A stretch of DNA of 63,833 nt, counting the filler, from Globobulimina sp. (taxonomy: Eukaryota): assembly GCA_003354225.1 (NCBI GenBank). It is 43 parts of 43 records of this genome, joined end to end, with 100 filler letters (N's around TTAATTAATTAA, not from the genome) between each part and the next. Parts side by side here need not be neighbours in the genome. Positions count along the whole stretch, not along the records: positions 49,074 to 50,459 come from PIVH01017516.1; positions 50,560 to 51,945 come from PIVH01017517.1; positions 52,046 to 53,431 come from PIVH01017518.1; positions 53,532 to 54,917 come from PIVH01017519.1; positions 55,018 to 56,403 come from PIVH01017520.1; positions 56,504 to 57,889 come from PIVH01017521.1; positions 57,990 to 59,375 come from PIVH01017522.1; positions 59,476 to 60,861 come from PIVH01017523.1; 35 more parts are not named here. One strand, given 5' to 3'. Under the pieces are notes generated by a model that was not told where the DNA came from, made no database searches, and saw nothing but the letters and a program-made list of their open reading frames with translations. Shown here one piece after another: positions 49,074 to 60,963 of the stretch. Both the position numbers and the translations under genes were made by a program. Position 1 is the stretch's first letter. Each line of letters starts with the position of its first letter.

Positions 49074-50171
49074 TTCGAACAGATTAGTATTGATATCGTC
49101 GGACCATTGCCGACCACCGATGACGGATTCAAATATATGGTGACTATGATTGACAAGTTTAGCCGCTTGTGTATGATACAAGCAGTAAAGGAGACGGATA
49201 CTCCGACTATAATACGAGCGTTGGAGCGTTGGTACTGTACATATGGACCACCAGACGCCATATTATCCGATAACGGGTCCCAGTTTCTATCAAAAATATA
49301 TCAACACTATCAAAACACAAATAAAACAAATATAAAATACATAACTGCGTATCATCCGGAGTGCAATGGACAGATTGAACGGCTCCATAGATGGATAAAA
49401 GAGAGGCTTGCGATGCTTGCGTATGATTTGGGATTACAATTCGCTGTCGGCGCTGCGTACCAATGTGATAACTGGACCCATTATTTGCCAATAATACAAT
49501 ATAAATATAATACCACCATAAATAGGATGACATCATATACTCCATACAATATAATATTCGGTATGGACACAAATGATATAAAAAAGGTGAGATTCGATCC
49601 CAAATCACCCAAATCATACAAAAAGTACATGGCAGCGCGAGTACATATAATACGAAACACAGCAAATGAGAAACAACGAAAATATGACACGATACGAAAA
49701 CGTTCCTATGATAAACGTTCCCGTAATATACGAATACGTAAAGGTGATAAAATAAGATATGATGCCTCACAAAGTTGGAATAAAAGCGAGAAATCATTGA
49801 TCGCAAACTATGTGGGCCCGTATATGGTATTGGATACAATAAATAATAATAAAACACTCCATATTCAAGATATTGATAAACTATATGATCCATTCTGGAC
49901 CGATGTAATGTATTGCAAACCGCATATGGATAATGATGAGAGCCCAACGGATGTGTTGCTGACTCATTATGTACATGATATGAATCAGATTGATATGGAT
50001 TTGAATGTGAATAGATTAGATAAGCGACGATTAGATGAATTACATGGTACATTGTATTATAATAAGTTGTTCTTTGCGTACGCATGTAATCCATTATTAC
50101 AGATTAATAATAGGCCGAATAGCAAAGCGTTTGTGAATATGATTAATATGGATTCGATAGAATCGACTTGA
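49074..50171 (+). mobile_element. Ty3/gypsy integrase (rve core and C-terminus), 5'-partial
   Basis: IDIVGPLP, IDKFSR, ILSDNGSQF, YHPECNGQIER, YVGPY. Confidence 0.93.
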
Positions 50172-50206
50172 CTGACTATGGAGAAATTGACTAAGTAATA
50201 TCCTTT

Positions 50207-50459
50207 GAAGAAAGGGGTGATGTGGAGGTTATGACTTGTGACTCATCCCTGTTGTGAATGTTTTTGATGTTTATGTTGTGCTTTAGTGAAAACCTAGAAA
50301 CGTTATCTAAATCAAGTAATTCCACAGACAAGTAATCGATACCACCAGAGGAGTCTCCACAATTGGGGGGTCAAGTGTTTAACTTATTTACGACAGAAAG
50401 AGAGCGCTATAAAGAAAAGAGAGGTAAATAGATCTATATATATATATAAAAGCATATAT
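50207..50459 (+). repeat. Polypurine tract (50207-50220) and start of the 3' LTR (TG at 50221)
   Basis: GAAGAAAGGGGTGA followed directly by TGTGG, 36 bp after the integrase stop. Confidence 0.7.
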
Positions 50460-50717
50460 NNNNNNNNNNNNNNNNNNNNNNNNNNNNNNNNNNNNNNNNN
50501 NNNTTAATTAATTAANNNNNNNNNNNNNNNNNNNNNNNNNNNNNNNNNNNNNNNNNNNNAAGTGGTTGGGTTTGGGATGACCGCAGTCATAGGCACACTC
50601 TCTGACAAATTGAGATACTGAACCAGATAGTTTCAGACAAATATACTATTCTTTATTTAACGCAGATAAAACCAACAATTCTTGTTTCATGGGATTAAAT
50701 ATATAAGTTTTTAAGAT

Positions 50718-51945
50718 ATGGCTTTACTAAGATTTTCAAGAAAGCTACGTTTACAATGGTTTAGTTTTGCGTGCTTGTCAACACTTGGCAATGATGTGCA
50801 CATGAAAATGGCTTATGATAAACAGTTATTTGAGTTATGCAAGCACGGCAAACTAAATGATGGCTTAGTTTTAGTGAATAAAATGATTGAAAATAATATT
50901 AAATTGTCTCATTACACATTGTCAGCATTATTGAAAGGATGCATTAAAAGTAAGGAAGTGGGAAAATATAAATATATTTGGAATAAATATGGGAATGAGA
51001 TTGAAGCAAATTATGTGAGTTATTTATTAGCCATAACTGCGGCTGGTCATTGTAATGATATTAATATGGTCAGACTCTTAAGAAAAGAGATGGAAAATAA
51101 GTGTGATATGAAAGAGATGAAATTAACATTTTATTGGAATCAATTGTTTGATGCATTGCGTGGTGTAAATGATGTTGAATCCATAATGAATGAATATGAA
51201 AATATGAAAAAAATGAGTGTTAAGTGCGATTATTATACGATATCAATTATATTAAATGCGTGCGTTCGAAGTAAAAGATTTGATTATTTTGAATTATTTA
51301 TGCATGAAATTACGATAATGAATAACCGCATTTTGTCAATTCTCATCGATGGAATTATTAAATGGAACAAAGCATTTTTGATTGGAAAAATATGGAATAA
51401 ATCAATTCTTTTAATCGATATAAAAGATATTGACGCAAATTGTTTTGGTTTAGCTCTGTTGGCATCGCATCAAAGCAATGATAAATATTTGGTGCATACA
51501 TTTGTGGAAAACATGAAAAAATATTGCAAGAAACAATTAAATTATGATTATTTATGTTGGCATCAAATATTGACTGCTTATGGACATTTACAGCAATTTG
51601 AGACAATGTGGCTCGAATATGAAGCAATGAAATTAAAATATTATTTGAAACCAGATATTGTATGTTTTCATATTCTTTTGTCTTTTGAGAATAGGAATGA
51701 ATATAAATTGAAAGCATTGGGAGAGATTAAAAAATATATTGACAATTGGAATGAATTAAAGTTGAGAAATTATGGAGAAATAAAAAGCATTTCTCGTATT
51801 GCTGCATCTATGAATGATATGGAATTAAAAAAGATATTTTCAACACTTTTCCATTCGAATTCAGAAATGGAAGTTAATGCGCCTGTATTGGCCACGTTTA
51901 CTTACCACGGACATTTGTATTCATTCAATAACTTTTATGATAGAA
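50718..51945 (+). CDS. Pentatricopeptide-repeat protein with an organellar presequence, 3'-partial
   Basis: Repeats of about 35 aa (YTLSALLKGC, WNQLFDAL, YTISIILNAC, WHQILTAYG...KPDIVCFHILL). Confidence 0.85.
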
Positions 51946-52047
51946 NNNNNNNNNNNNNNNNNNNNNNNNNNNNNNNNNNNNNNNNNNNNTTAATTAATTA
52001 ANNNNNNNNNNNNNNNNNNNNNNNNNNNNNNNNNNNNNNNNNNNNCG

Positions 52048-52290
52048 GGTTGGGTTTGGGATAAGGTAACTTGCAGAACACGGTTTCATGCAAACACAGA
52101 TGTAGCCTATGATGTTACTGTGGTAGCAGAAATAGAACCTTCATATCGATATAAAGATTATGTACTCCAAAAAATATCCTACAACCCTATAGGAAAAGAA
52201 ACAAAAGGAATGGAGTGTTATGGCAAAAATTCCAATAGTCCGGCTTGTGATAATGTACCTTACCTGTATGATGGTGAAAAACCTGCATAA
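52048..52290 (+). CDS. C-terminus of an unknown ORF convergent with pPolB
   Basis: Manual translation gives 80 open codons (GWVWDKVTCRTRFHAN...DGEKPA*). Confidence 0.4.
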   Translation, partial: GWVWDKVTCRTRFHANTDVAYDVTVVAEIEPSYRYKDYVLQKISYNPIGKETKGMECYGKNSNSPACDNVPYLYDGEKPA

Positions 52291-52342
52291 AAAATCATGT
52301 CTAATCTGATTAAACGATGTTGCAATAAATAAATTTATTTGA

Positions 52343-53431
52343 TCAATAACCATATGGCAAAGTACGACCATCCTTTAACAACATTCTTTTATCACATACT
52401 GGTTTATAGCATTTTTTCATATGCTTTGTTACAAGTTTACAATCTTTAGTTCGTTCAATTTGTCTCATGACAATGTTTAGTTCATCTTTGAACCCAGTTC
52501 TAACCAGCAGCGCAACTGTTTTCCTCAAGTTGTTATAATTCAGCAACTTTGCCGTTTCACTGTTTTGTGTGAAACCTCTAATCTTTATGTTTGTCACATA
52601 TTTTTTCTCTTTTTCACTCCAAATCTTCATGCCATATTGTTTTGGACCACCGCTAACAAATTCTTCGATATATGAATCAGGACCATGATCACTGAGTTCA
52701 TCTGTCATGTAACCCAAGTAATCTCCCAATGGTGGCTCATACTGGTGGGGTTCACTCACGCGGCTTATGTAAATTACACTGTCAGTGTCAAAGTAACATA
52801 CCCTGTCACCAAGGTTTTCCAACTCTGAATACAGCCTAAGTCTTGCATTTGCAGTAACATAAGCCGCAATAATAGGGTTGATGTTTGGCAATTGTTCAAT
52901 GTGATCACTTGATTGTTTGTGACGAACGGCCACCAAATCGTCACCAATGATTCTTACACTGAGGATTATTTTTGTAGGATCATAAACCAATTTAAAATAG
53001 GCAGCCGGATCATCAAAGTATGTCAACTTGACCAAATTGTCACGCTGGCCAAATTTTCCCCAAAAACTGTTCAGTATCAGTTTGGCCAACTGACGACGTG
53101 CAGGATTTTTTTCAATTTTTTCACAGTCCAGTGTAATTCCCTCATTCTCCTTATATCTGTTAATGTAAGCATGCTTGTCTTGCTCATTTTTAACCCATTC
53201 AGGCCAACCACTTGCTTCCTGTTTTACTTTAACAAAAGTGTTGATAAACTTTGTGAATAGTCCTGTACTCTCATCTTTTCCATCATATTGTGACCACTGG
53301 TTCCAATGCCACACTTCACTAATACTTATTAGTTTGTAATTTTTTTCCAACGCTTTGTACAATTCAATTGTGGTCCAACAACCTGACAATGCCCGTTGCT
53401 TGTCTGTATGCTTGCAATCCTGTTCTTGATT
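52343..53431 (-). mobile_element. Protein-primed DNA polymerase B of a Polinton/Maverick element, C-terminal part
   Basis: K.KQEASGWP, AKLILNSFWGKFGQR, YVTANARLRLY, YFDTDS, GGPKQYG, KIRGF, DKR...TLPYGY. Confidence 0.92.
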
Positions 53432-53531
53432 NNNNNNNNNNNNNNNNNNNNNNNNNNNNNNNNNNNNNNNNNNNNTTAATTAATTAANNNNNNNNNNNNN
53501 NNNNNNNNNNNNNNNNNNNNNNNNNNNNNNN

Positions 53532-54886
53532 AAGGAGCTCGAGTCCCTATTCATATTTTTCCTGCCTTCGCCGGTACGTACTCTGTATTCATTGATTTGA
53601 ATATCTATTCTTTTTTGTCTTTCATCATCGTCACGCAATTTGATTAGCGGATGAATTTTATATTGATTCTTATTTTTGTAATTATAAACAGTAAATTTAT
53701 GTCGCACTGCATCTTCTGATGAATATCTTGTCAAAGGATTCAGATCTAACAAACACGCCAATAAATCCATCAAACACATAAATTCCTCTTGTTTATGAGC
53801 ATCGACATCGAATTCTAAATTCTTAAGCAATCCTACTTTCCTCTGATTCTTCAATGTCACGTATGATGACTCATTGTGACACACAACATGGCGATAATTA
53901 TGTACACGCAGAAAATGATACGATTTGTCAGTGTTATAGACATATTGCGGAAATGTAGATAATTTCTCAGCAATCTTACATATGACATGGTCAGTGTTGA
54001 GTTTGCCGCTCGTAAATAACCGCTTCCTTTGAATATTAATTCGCGATCGATTGCAATGCAAATTGTAATTACTCAAAGACGTCAATTCGAACAAAATGCA
54101 GCCAATACTCCACATATCAATCAATGTCGATATCTCCTCGAAATTACCCAGTAACAGTTCAGGTGATCGATACCATAAAGACTGAATATTGAAAGATTTT
54201 AATTTCTTATTCACATCTATGGCATTGCCAAAGTCTACGATTTTGATATTGGGATATTTGGACACTATTTTATTATTTTTAGAATTGTAACAATCTGAAT
54301 AACGGATTAAGATATTCTCTGGTTTTAAATCTGAATGAATACAGGCACCGATACCGTGGATGAAGGACATTGCAAAGAAGATTTGTGCTGCGATGCAACG
54401 GATAGTCGACAGCGATATGGTCGAATTCGTACACTCATTGAACGTAATATATTGCGACAAGGAATAACCGCATAATTGCATCACGATACATGGTCCAATC
54501 AAAGGTGATTCGGTGAACAAATTCAAAATGGGATTGTTGTTATTCTTATTCTCGTTGGTGCAGTACAACAACTCTTTGCATTTAACGATTAAATGCTTGC
54601 CAACTTCATTGGTCTTCATGTTGTTTAAATGTATAATTCGTCTGCCTTCATTTATGAATATTTGCTCATATTTCTTTCTTCGAACAACTTCCCATTTTCT
54701 GCTGTTTTTAATCATTTTGATGGCATATCGCCTTTGTTTCTGCTGTTTGCAATTAATGTCATATTTTTCAATCACGTTCCAAATCTCACCAAAAGTGCCC
54801 GAACCAATGAGTTTTGTTGCCATGTATTTGTACGTGGTTTGGTACCGGTTATAACTGTTATTCTTATAATTATTCACATTGTGCAT
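53532..54886 (-). CDS. CMGC protein kinase, DYRK/HIPK-like
   Basis: GSGTFG, AIK, IHSDLKPENIL, IVDFG, IQSLWYRSPE, DMWSIGC. Confidence 0.88.
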
Positions 54887-55232
54887 CTCTGCGGAATTTG
54901 ATTGTTGCTCTGTGTGTNNNNNNNNNNNNNNNNNNNNNNNNNNNNNNNNNNNNNNNNNNNNTTAATTAATTAANNNNNNNNNNNNNNNNNNNNNNNNNNN
55001 NNNNNNNNNNNNNNNNNTGGCAGCTGTGGCATACCCCATTTTTATCAGAAAAAATTAGCGTTTGAATTGGGACAATATTTAGACGAGAAAGCGCGACTAT
55101 TTATATCCCATTTTTGTAGGTTGTATGCTTTGAGGATCACCGAGAATTTGTTTGAAATAATATCCACATTCCACGGTATGTGTTTCCATAGAAACGTAAT
55201 TAACATATTTGTTGTTGTTAACATGTTTGTTG

Positions 55233-56403
55233 TATACAGTGATGCCGTTTGACAGCGGCTTTATATGTATAACCAGCAAAGATGACGCTAAATATAGCTC
55301 TGTGGCCTCCGTCACGTATTACAATCCTTTATTGCAAATACCAATGCGTTCGCTGTCCAAATTATTGGCGTGGGACAAACATCAATCCGTTCCAATACGG
55401 CCGCGTCCACAGTCGGTTCCGGCACCGCAAAAAGCACGAAATAGATCAAAGTCATTCAATCTCATAAAGTTTAGCTTCATTCCCCTTTGGTTTTACATGC
55501 ATTGACACATTTTGTACGTATGCATCAGCGAAGGAAAGAAGGGGAAACATAAAGGTTTTGTGGTGAAAGCGCCCACTGCGAAAACAGTAAAAACCACATT
55601 CGCGGAAGTTATTGGTTTGCCGCAATCTCACTCCATACGCGCATATTCCGTGGATGAGGAAGTGTATTGTGACGATATTGATGCTGATTCTGCCAAAAAA
55701 CGACGAGATTTGATGAAAATTAAAAAATATAAAAAGAGAGCGACGAAAAAAAGAAAAACAAATATCGGTGGCAGACTAACCCGCAGTACAACGTACAGTG
55801 CTGGTATGTTACTATGTATTTTTGATGATGAAAACGAGTGTTTTTGTATAGAAAAAAAGAAAAAGACAAAAAAAGCAGCAACGCGGATATTCTATAGCTC
55901 CGCGAGCGAGTTATCGGATACTGAGACGTATACAGATACAGATGATGCGTTTGCAGAGAAAAATTATACAGAATTGTTGCATGAAAATTCATTACCAAAC
56001 GCCATGACGTTGCAGGAAGATGCGGCATTATCTGAGCATAGTATAACTGTGGAATATTCCGGCACATTATCAGTGAATAAATTATTTAGCAAACCGTCGC
56101 CTGTGCTAAATGAAGACACAAATACCACATTAAATACAGTTACCAATGGTATGTAAAGTCTGTCCTGAAACCATGATCTTTTGAGTGAGCTTAATGTTTT
56201 TTAAGTAAGCTTCGAGTTTTGATCATGGCTTGCAAAGATAATGACAAACACAAGAAAACATACACACAGATACACCCAATACAATCACGCATAACAAGAC
56301 TGCGGAATTATTTACAGATTATTCGCCGCCACCATCGCCGAAAGGATACAGAAGCGATGATACCATGACCCAGAGATCCATGACCAATTACATTAATTTT
56401 TTT
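55233..56403 (+). CDS. Hypothetical multi-exon protein, Lys- and Ser/Thr-rich
   Basis: Consecutive + strand ORFs separated by intron-like GT...AG segments. Confidence 0.35.
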
Positions 56404-56503
56404 NNNNNNNNNNNNNNNNNNNNNNNNNNNNNNNNNNNNNNNNNNNNTTAATTAATTAANNNNNNNNNNNNNNNNNNNNNNNNNNNNNNNNNNNNNNNNN
56501 NNN

Positions 56504-57552
56504 TTTGAGGTATACGAAGTGTGAGTAATCGATGTAGTCTTTGAACAGCAGCCACGTGCACCCTCATCACGATCACAACAACTGTAATAAAACCTTTTCC
56601 AAAAAATCAAATCAATGAAACGGACGTGTCCGGGATGATGATATTCCGTTTTTGAGCTGTAACTCACTGAGGGATCCTGATAAGTCGATGATGGATGAAT
56701 CAAATGCAAGTGTCCGGGATGATAATTGTTAATGACTGCCGTGTGGATCTGGGTCTTTTCCGTATGACAATACGCAGAAATAAATCGATGATCACCTCTC
56801 ACTCCACATTTTGTACATTTTTCATTCAAATAATTCAATTTCAGGGTTGGCAAATTGCCCAATTTCTCGCTAATAAGTTGTTGCAATTTCTGACTGCGCA
56901 AATACCCACAATTGAGCCTCTCAGCTGCTTGTTGCTGTGATGGTAATTTAGAAATCATTCTCAACGTATCATCGTCTTCTTTGTCTTCTCCATCCATCCA
57001 ATCGATGCACGTATATCCAAACAGATGCTTTTGTTGATAGCTTTTATTTGCTTCAAACTGATAATTTGCGCCAAAATCCTTTGTGACGGCAATAACCCCT
57101 TTCAATGACTTCAAGGATGGCTGCAATTTGCCTCTTTTATGAATAATCAAACAACATTGCCAGACTTGATCCAAATGATTGCTGCCATCGACAAAAGAGC
57201 TGATAAATTTGGCTTGTTTTTTATACTCAGCGCGGCCTCGATCCATATCGCCCGATACAATCCATATCAATTTAATATGCGATACATTCTGTTTGTATAA
57301 TTTCTTAAATATATTTTTCAAAATGACCTCATCATTATGCTTCATGTCATTGTCATCCGTTCCTTGAGTATCCATCCATTTTTGAGAGGAGGTTCTGTCA
57401 TTGAATATTGTACATCCTTTGGTGCAGGAGTCGGTCGAGGAAGATGTTACGACATTATTGCCACAAAATAATTTGATCAATGACGATTTACCGACTCCGG
57501 TGGTGCCCACAACAACGATGCATTGTTTCTGTACAATTATTAAATCACACAA
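56504..57552 (-). CDS. TRAFAC P-loop GTPase (AIG1/GIMAP-like) with a Cys/His-rich C-terminus ending in a BTK-like Zn motif; upstream exon at about 57565-57889
   Basis: GTTGVGKS, SCT, DTQG; CTKCG...CH...YHPG repeats; YHHPG...YSCC...ARGC. Confidence 0.7.
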
Positions 57553-57989
57553 GTGTCATACACAGATTTGTGCCTTGTGATGAATGCCTTAACAGAGTCT
57601 CTTTTCTCCTCTGCATCTAGTTTCGATTCATTTGAACTGAATGGCGTCCAGTTGTGGTTTGTTGTCATTGTGATGGCTGATGGTTCACAAAGGCTGTTTA
57701 GTGTCGGTTTTTGTTTTTTCTTCTGTGTTTTCGAGCTTTCAAAAATCCGTCCAATGTCGACGATATCACAGAACTTCTCAGTTATTCTACGATTAGAGAG
57801 TAGTTCGGATATCAATGTATCATTGAATGATGCAACAATACAAGAATTAAAACAGAAAGTTCCATCATATGATATGCTTTCTGATTCGTNNNNNNNNNNN
57901 NNNNNNNNNNNNNNNNNNNNNNNNNNNNNNNNNTTAATTAATTAANNNNNNNNNNNNNNNNNNNNNNNNNNNNNNNNNNNNNNNNNNNN

Positions 57990-58116
57990 GCGCGAAGGGG
58001 GGCGCGCTAGCGCGCCCCCCTTCGCGCCCCGCATCCTGACGCGTTTCAAAACGCGTGCTGCAACGCGTTTACAACTCGTTTGGGGGCGCCCCCCGCCGCC
58101 TAACGGCGGCGCCCCG
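57990..58116. repeat. Cluster of GC-rich inverted repeats
   Basis: Perfect 38-bp palindrome at 57990-58027; ACGCGTTT/AAACGCGT; GGGGCG...CCGCCG-CCTAA-CGGCGG...CGCCCC. Confidence 0.8.
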
Positions 58117-58796
58117 AAATGAGCCATTAGTACATACATTAGAAGGTTGAAAGTAACACAAAAACACGATGGAATCCTTAGAATATTCCCAATTTATACT
58201 CCTCGAATCTACTATCATCGGATTATGTAGAACCTAAAATTATATTGTCAAATCTCAGATTCAACTTCTTTGATTTGGAGTAATTGAACCAAAACGCGAA
58301 AGAACAAAGCACTAATGGTTCTTTGATTAATAGCATGACTTAACTCAATAACATAATGGAATTGTAGATATTAGCAAACGTAACTTAAAAACATGAACTC
58401 AGGAACATTACATGGTGGAATGGCCTCTTTTGAGCCAAAACATAAAAAAAATTATTTTATCTGTTGGTTAATGAACGAATCACAGATATTGAAAATCCGA
58501 ACTCAAAAACGTGAACCAAAACGCGAATGAATAAAGCAATCGTGCCTTATTTGATTAATAGCTAATGAGGGCAAAACCAATATGATTGCCTAGCTATGAA
58601 AACAATTTTTACAACCATTTGATTAATGAACAAATCGTAGATATAGAAAATCTTAACTCGACAACACGCACAATTAAATATTTAAAGCCTCAATTTGCTT
58701 ATTTCCATAGTCTTACATTTCTTTGTCGTATCCACCCGCTCGGCTCCTTATATGGTAAGTGTTGTAATATTTCTTATGAAAAGTATATGTAACGTT

Positions 58797-59375
58797 TAGT
58801 TAGAATAGTCTACATTGTCAATATTAAGCCGTATCACTAAGAAAACATCATGGTTTCGAGTTAGGATATTATAGAATGTTAATATTAAATCATATCATTA
58901 ATGATTCTATCATGTTTTCCAGTTGGGATGGTCTAGATTGCCAATATTAAAACCACAATTAAATATCAATGTCCAATTTGTTTCTTTCCATTGTCTTACT
59001 CATGTTTATTAGTCTACATATCTGCCTGTCTGACTCCATAAATGGTAAGTGTTGTAATATTTTGTATGCAAAATATATGTACCAGAGTGAGTGAGTTTAA
59101 CTGAACCACATTCCATTATGTTTTCATGTTTGGATAATCTAGATTGTCAATATTAAGCCATATCATTAAGGATTCATTAAGAATTCTATCATGTTTTCAG
59201 TTAGGATAGTCTAGGTTGTCAGTATTAAGCCATATCGTTAAGGATTCTATCATGTTTTCAGTTAGGATAGTCTAGGTTGTCAGTATTAAGCCATATCGTT
59301 AAGGAATCTATCATGTTTTCAGTTAGGATAGTCTAGGTTGTCAGTATTAAGCCATATCGTTAAGGATTCTATCAT
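58797..59375. repeat. 61-bp tandem repeat (satellite); near-perfect copies at 59179-59375, degenerate copies upstream
   Basis: AAGGATTCTATCATGTTTTCAGTTAGGATAGTCTAGGTTGTCAGTATTAAGCCATATCGTT starts at 59240, 59301 and 59362. Confidence 0.9.
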
Positions 59376-59893
59376 NNNNNNNNNNNNNNNNNNNNNNNNN
59401 NNNNNNNNNNNNNNNNNNNTTAATTAATTAANNNNNNNNNNNNNNNNNNNNNNNNNNNNNNNNNNNNNNNNNNNNATGCAGCATTTGCTAAACGCTTAAA
59501 TGCTCCGCAAAGTGGCATATTAAAAAGATTATAAATAAAATTCAATTTCGCGTTTTGTACATACATTTGTTTCTTTTTTTGTTTGTAAAATATTAATAAC
59601 CAATAGACATTTTAACGATAAGCAAAAATGCCTAATAAAATGTTTAGTTTTCTTTTTTATACATAAACATGCATTGTTTGCAGTACACAAATTAAAATCA
59701 TCGATCCTGAACGTTTGTGTTCAGAGTTGTATTTTATATCTGTGTCATGTCTGCTGTTTTGATGTTTTTTGCAAGCTATCGGTGCTGGAGATTTAGCAGC
59801 AGCCATAGCCTAGTTTTGCATTGACAGTGTGTTTTGTTAATTATTGTTCAATATAAGTTTGAATTTTGTCATATAAAAAAAAGTGTGCGCCTT

Positions 59894-60800
59894 TCATTTA
59901 TGATGTAATTGCGCCAATATTTCATTTAATTTTAGCAACCGTTGTTTCACATTTTTGATGTCCTCATCTTTGATACAAAAACAAACTCGAATAAAATATC
60001 TATTTTTATCAGGCTCATCATAGTCAAATGCAGAACATGGCGCAAATAATACACCAATTGTCTGTGCCACCCATTTCACAAATTGCCAATCCACATTGTC
60101 TCCATCATTTGGCCTCAATATATTGCATTTAATTAATTTGTTCACAATTTCAGTCACATCCACTAACAGAAAATATGTGGATGACACGTTAACGACATTG
60201 AATTTATTACATTTAAATGAGTCAACCATCAAATTACATTTATTTCGATACATTTCATTCAACCAAATATAATAATTCTCTTTTCCTTCATATCTATTCT
60301 CTGCAATTTTCAATGTATTTGCAATCGCCATTTCTAACGGATGGCAACCACTGCCACAATGCGTCATAGCTGAAGCACGGATATATTTCATCAAATTCTT
60401 ATTGCATACAATCCATCCAATTCTCCAGCCAGTGACACTATAAATTTATCATGACATCCAAGCAAATATTTATCTATGTTTTAACATTTTTGATTGTTGG
60501 ACAATCACACACCTAAACGTTTTGGATGCGGATGATATGGTAATAGCTCTTTGCCACATCCGGTTTGATACAGATGCCATACAATAATGTTGTTTATCTT
60601 TATCTGTATTATATATCATATATTCATACACTTCATCTGTTACCACCAATATTTGTGGATATTCTTCAATTAATATCGTCTCAATCTCCTTCATTTGAGA
60701 CAATCCCAACACAAATCCGGTCGGATTATGTGGCGTATTTAGTACCAACAGCTTTGTTTTCTCATTTAATGCATTTGCCAATTTATTTAGATCCAATTTC
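59894..60800 (-). CDS. Class I PLP aminotransferase (kynurenine/glutamine transaminase-like); intron 60438-60512; 5'-partial
   Basis: LNTPHNPTG, DEVYE, SASKTF|SVTGWRIGW, IRVCFC. Confidence 0.9.
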
Positions 60801-60963
60801 CATTCATATGTATTCTTATTTTCATTATAAATGCAGTCTAAACGAATACTTTTGACAATGCNNNNNNNNNNNNNNNNNNNNNNNNNNNNNNNNNNNNNNN
60901 NNNNNTTAATTAATTAANNNNNNNNNNNNNNNNNNNNNNNNNNNNNNNNNNNNNNNNNNNNTT

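Noticed and set aside
49207..50094. 295-aa antisense ORF over the integrase
   Set aside because: Tyr/His-rich shadow with no motifs; explained by codon bias on the sense strand
52046..52060. GGGTTGGGTTTGGG as telomeric repeat (also near 50563)
   Set aside because: Only two or three irregular units, and here it is part of an open reading frame
43130..53431. RT, integrase and pPolB as one composite element
   Set aside because: They are on separate contigs placed near each other only by length sorting
59179..59375. 61-bp repeats as a CRISPR array
   Set aside because: Head-to-tail copies with no unique spacers and no cas genes; a satellite
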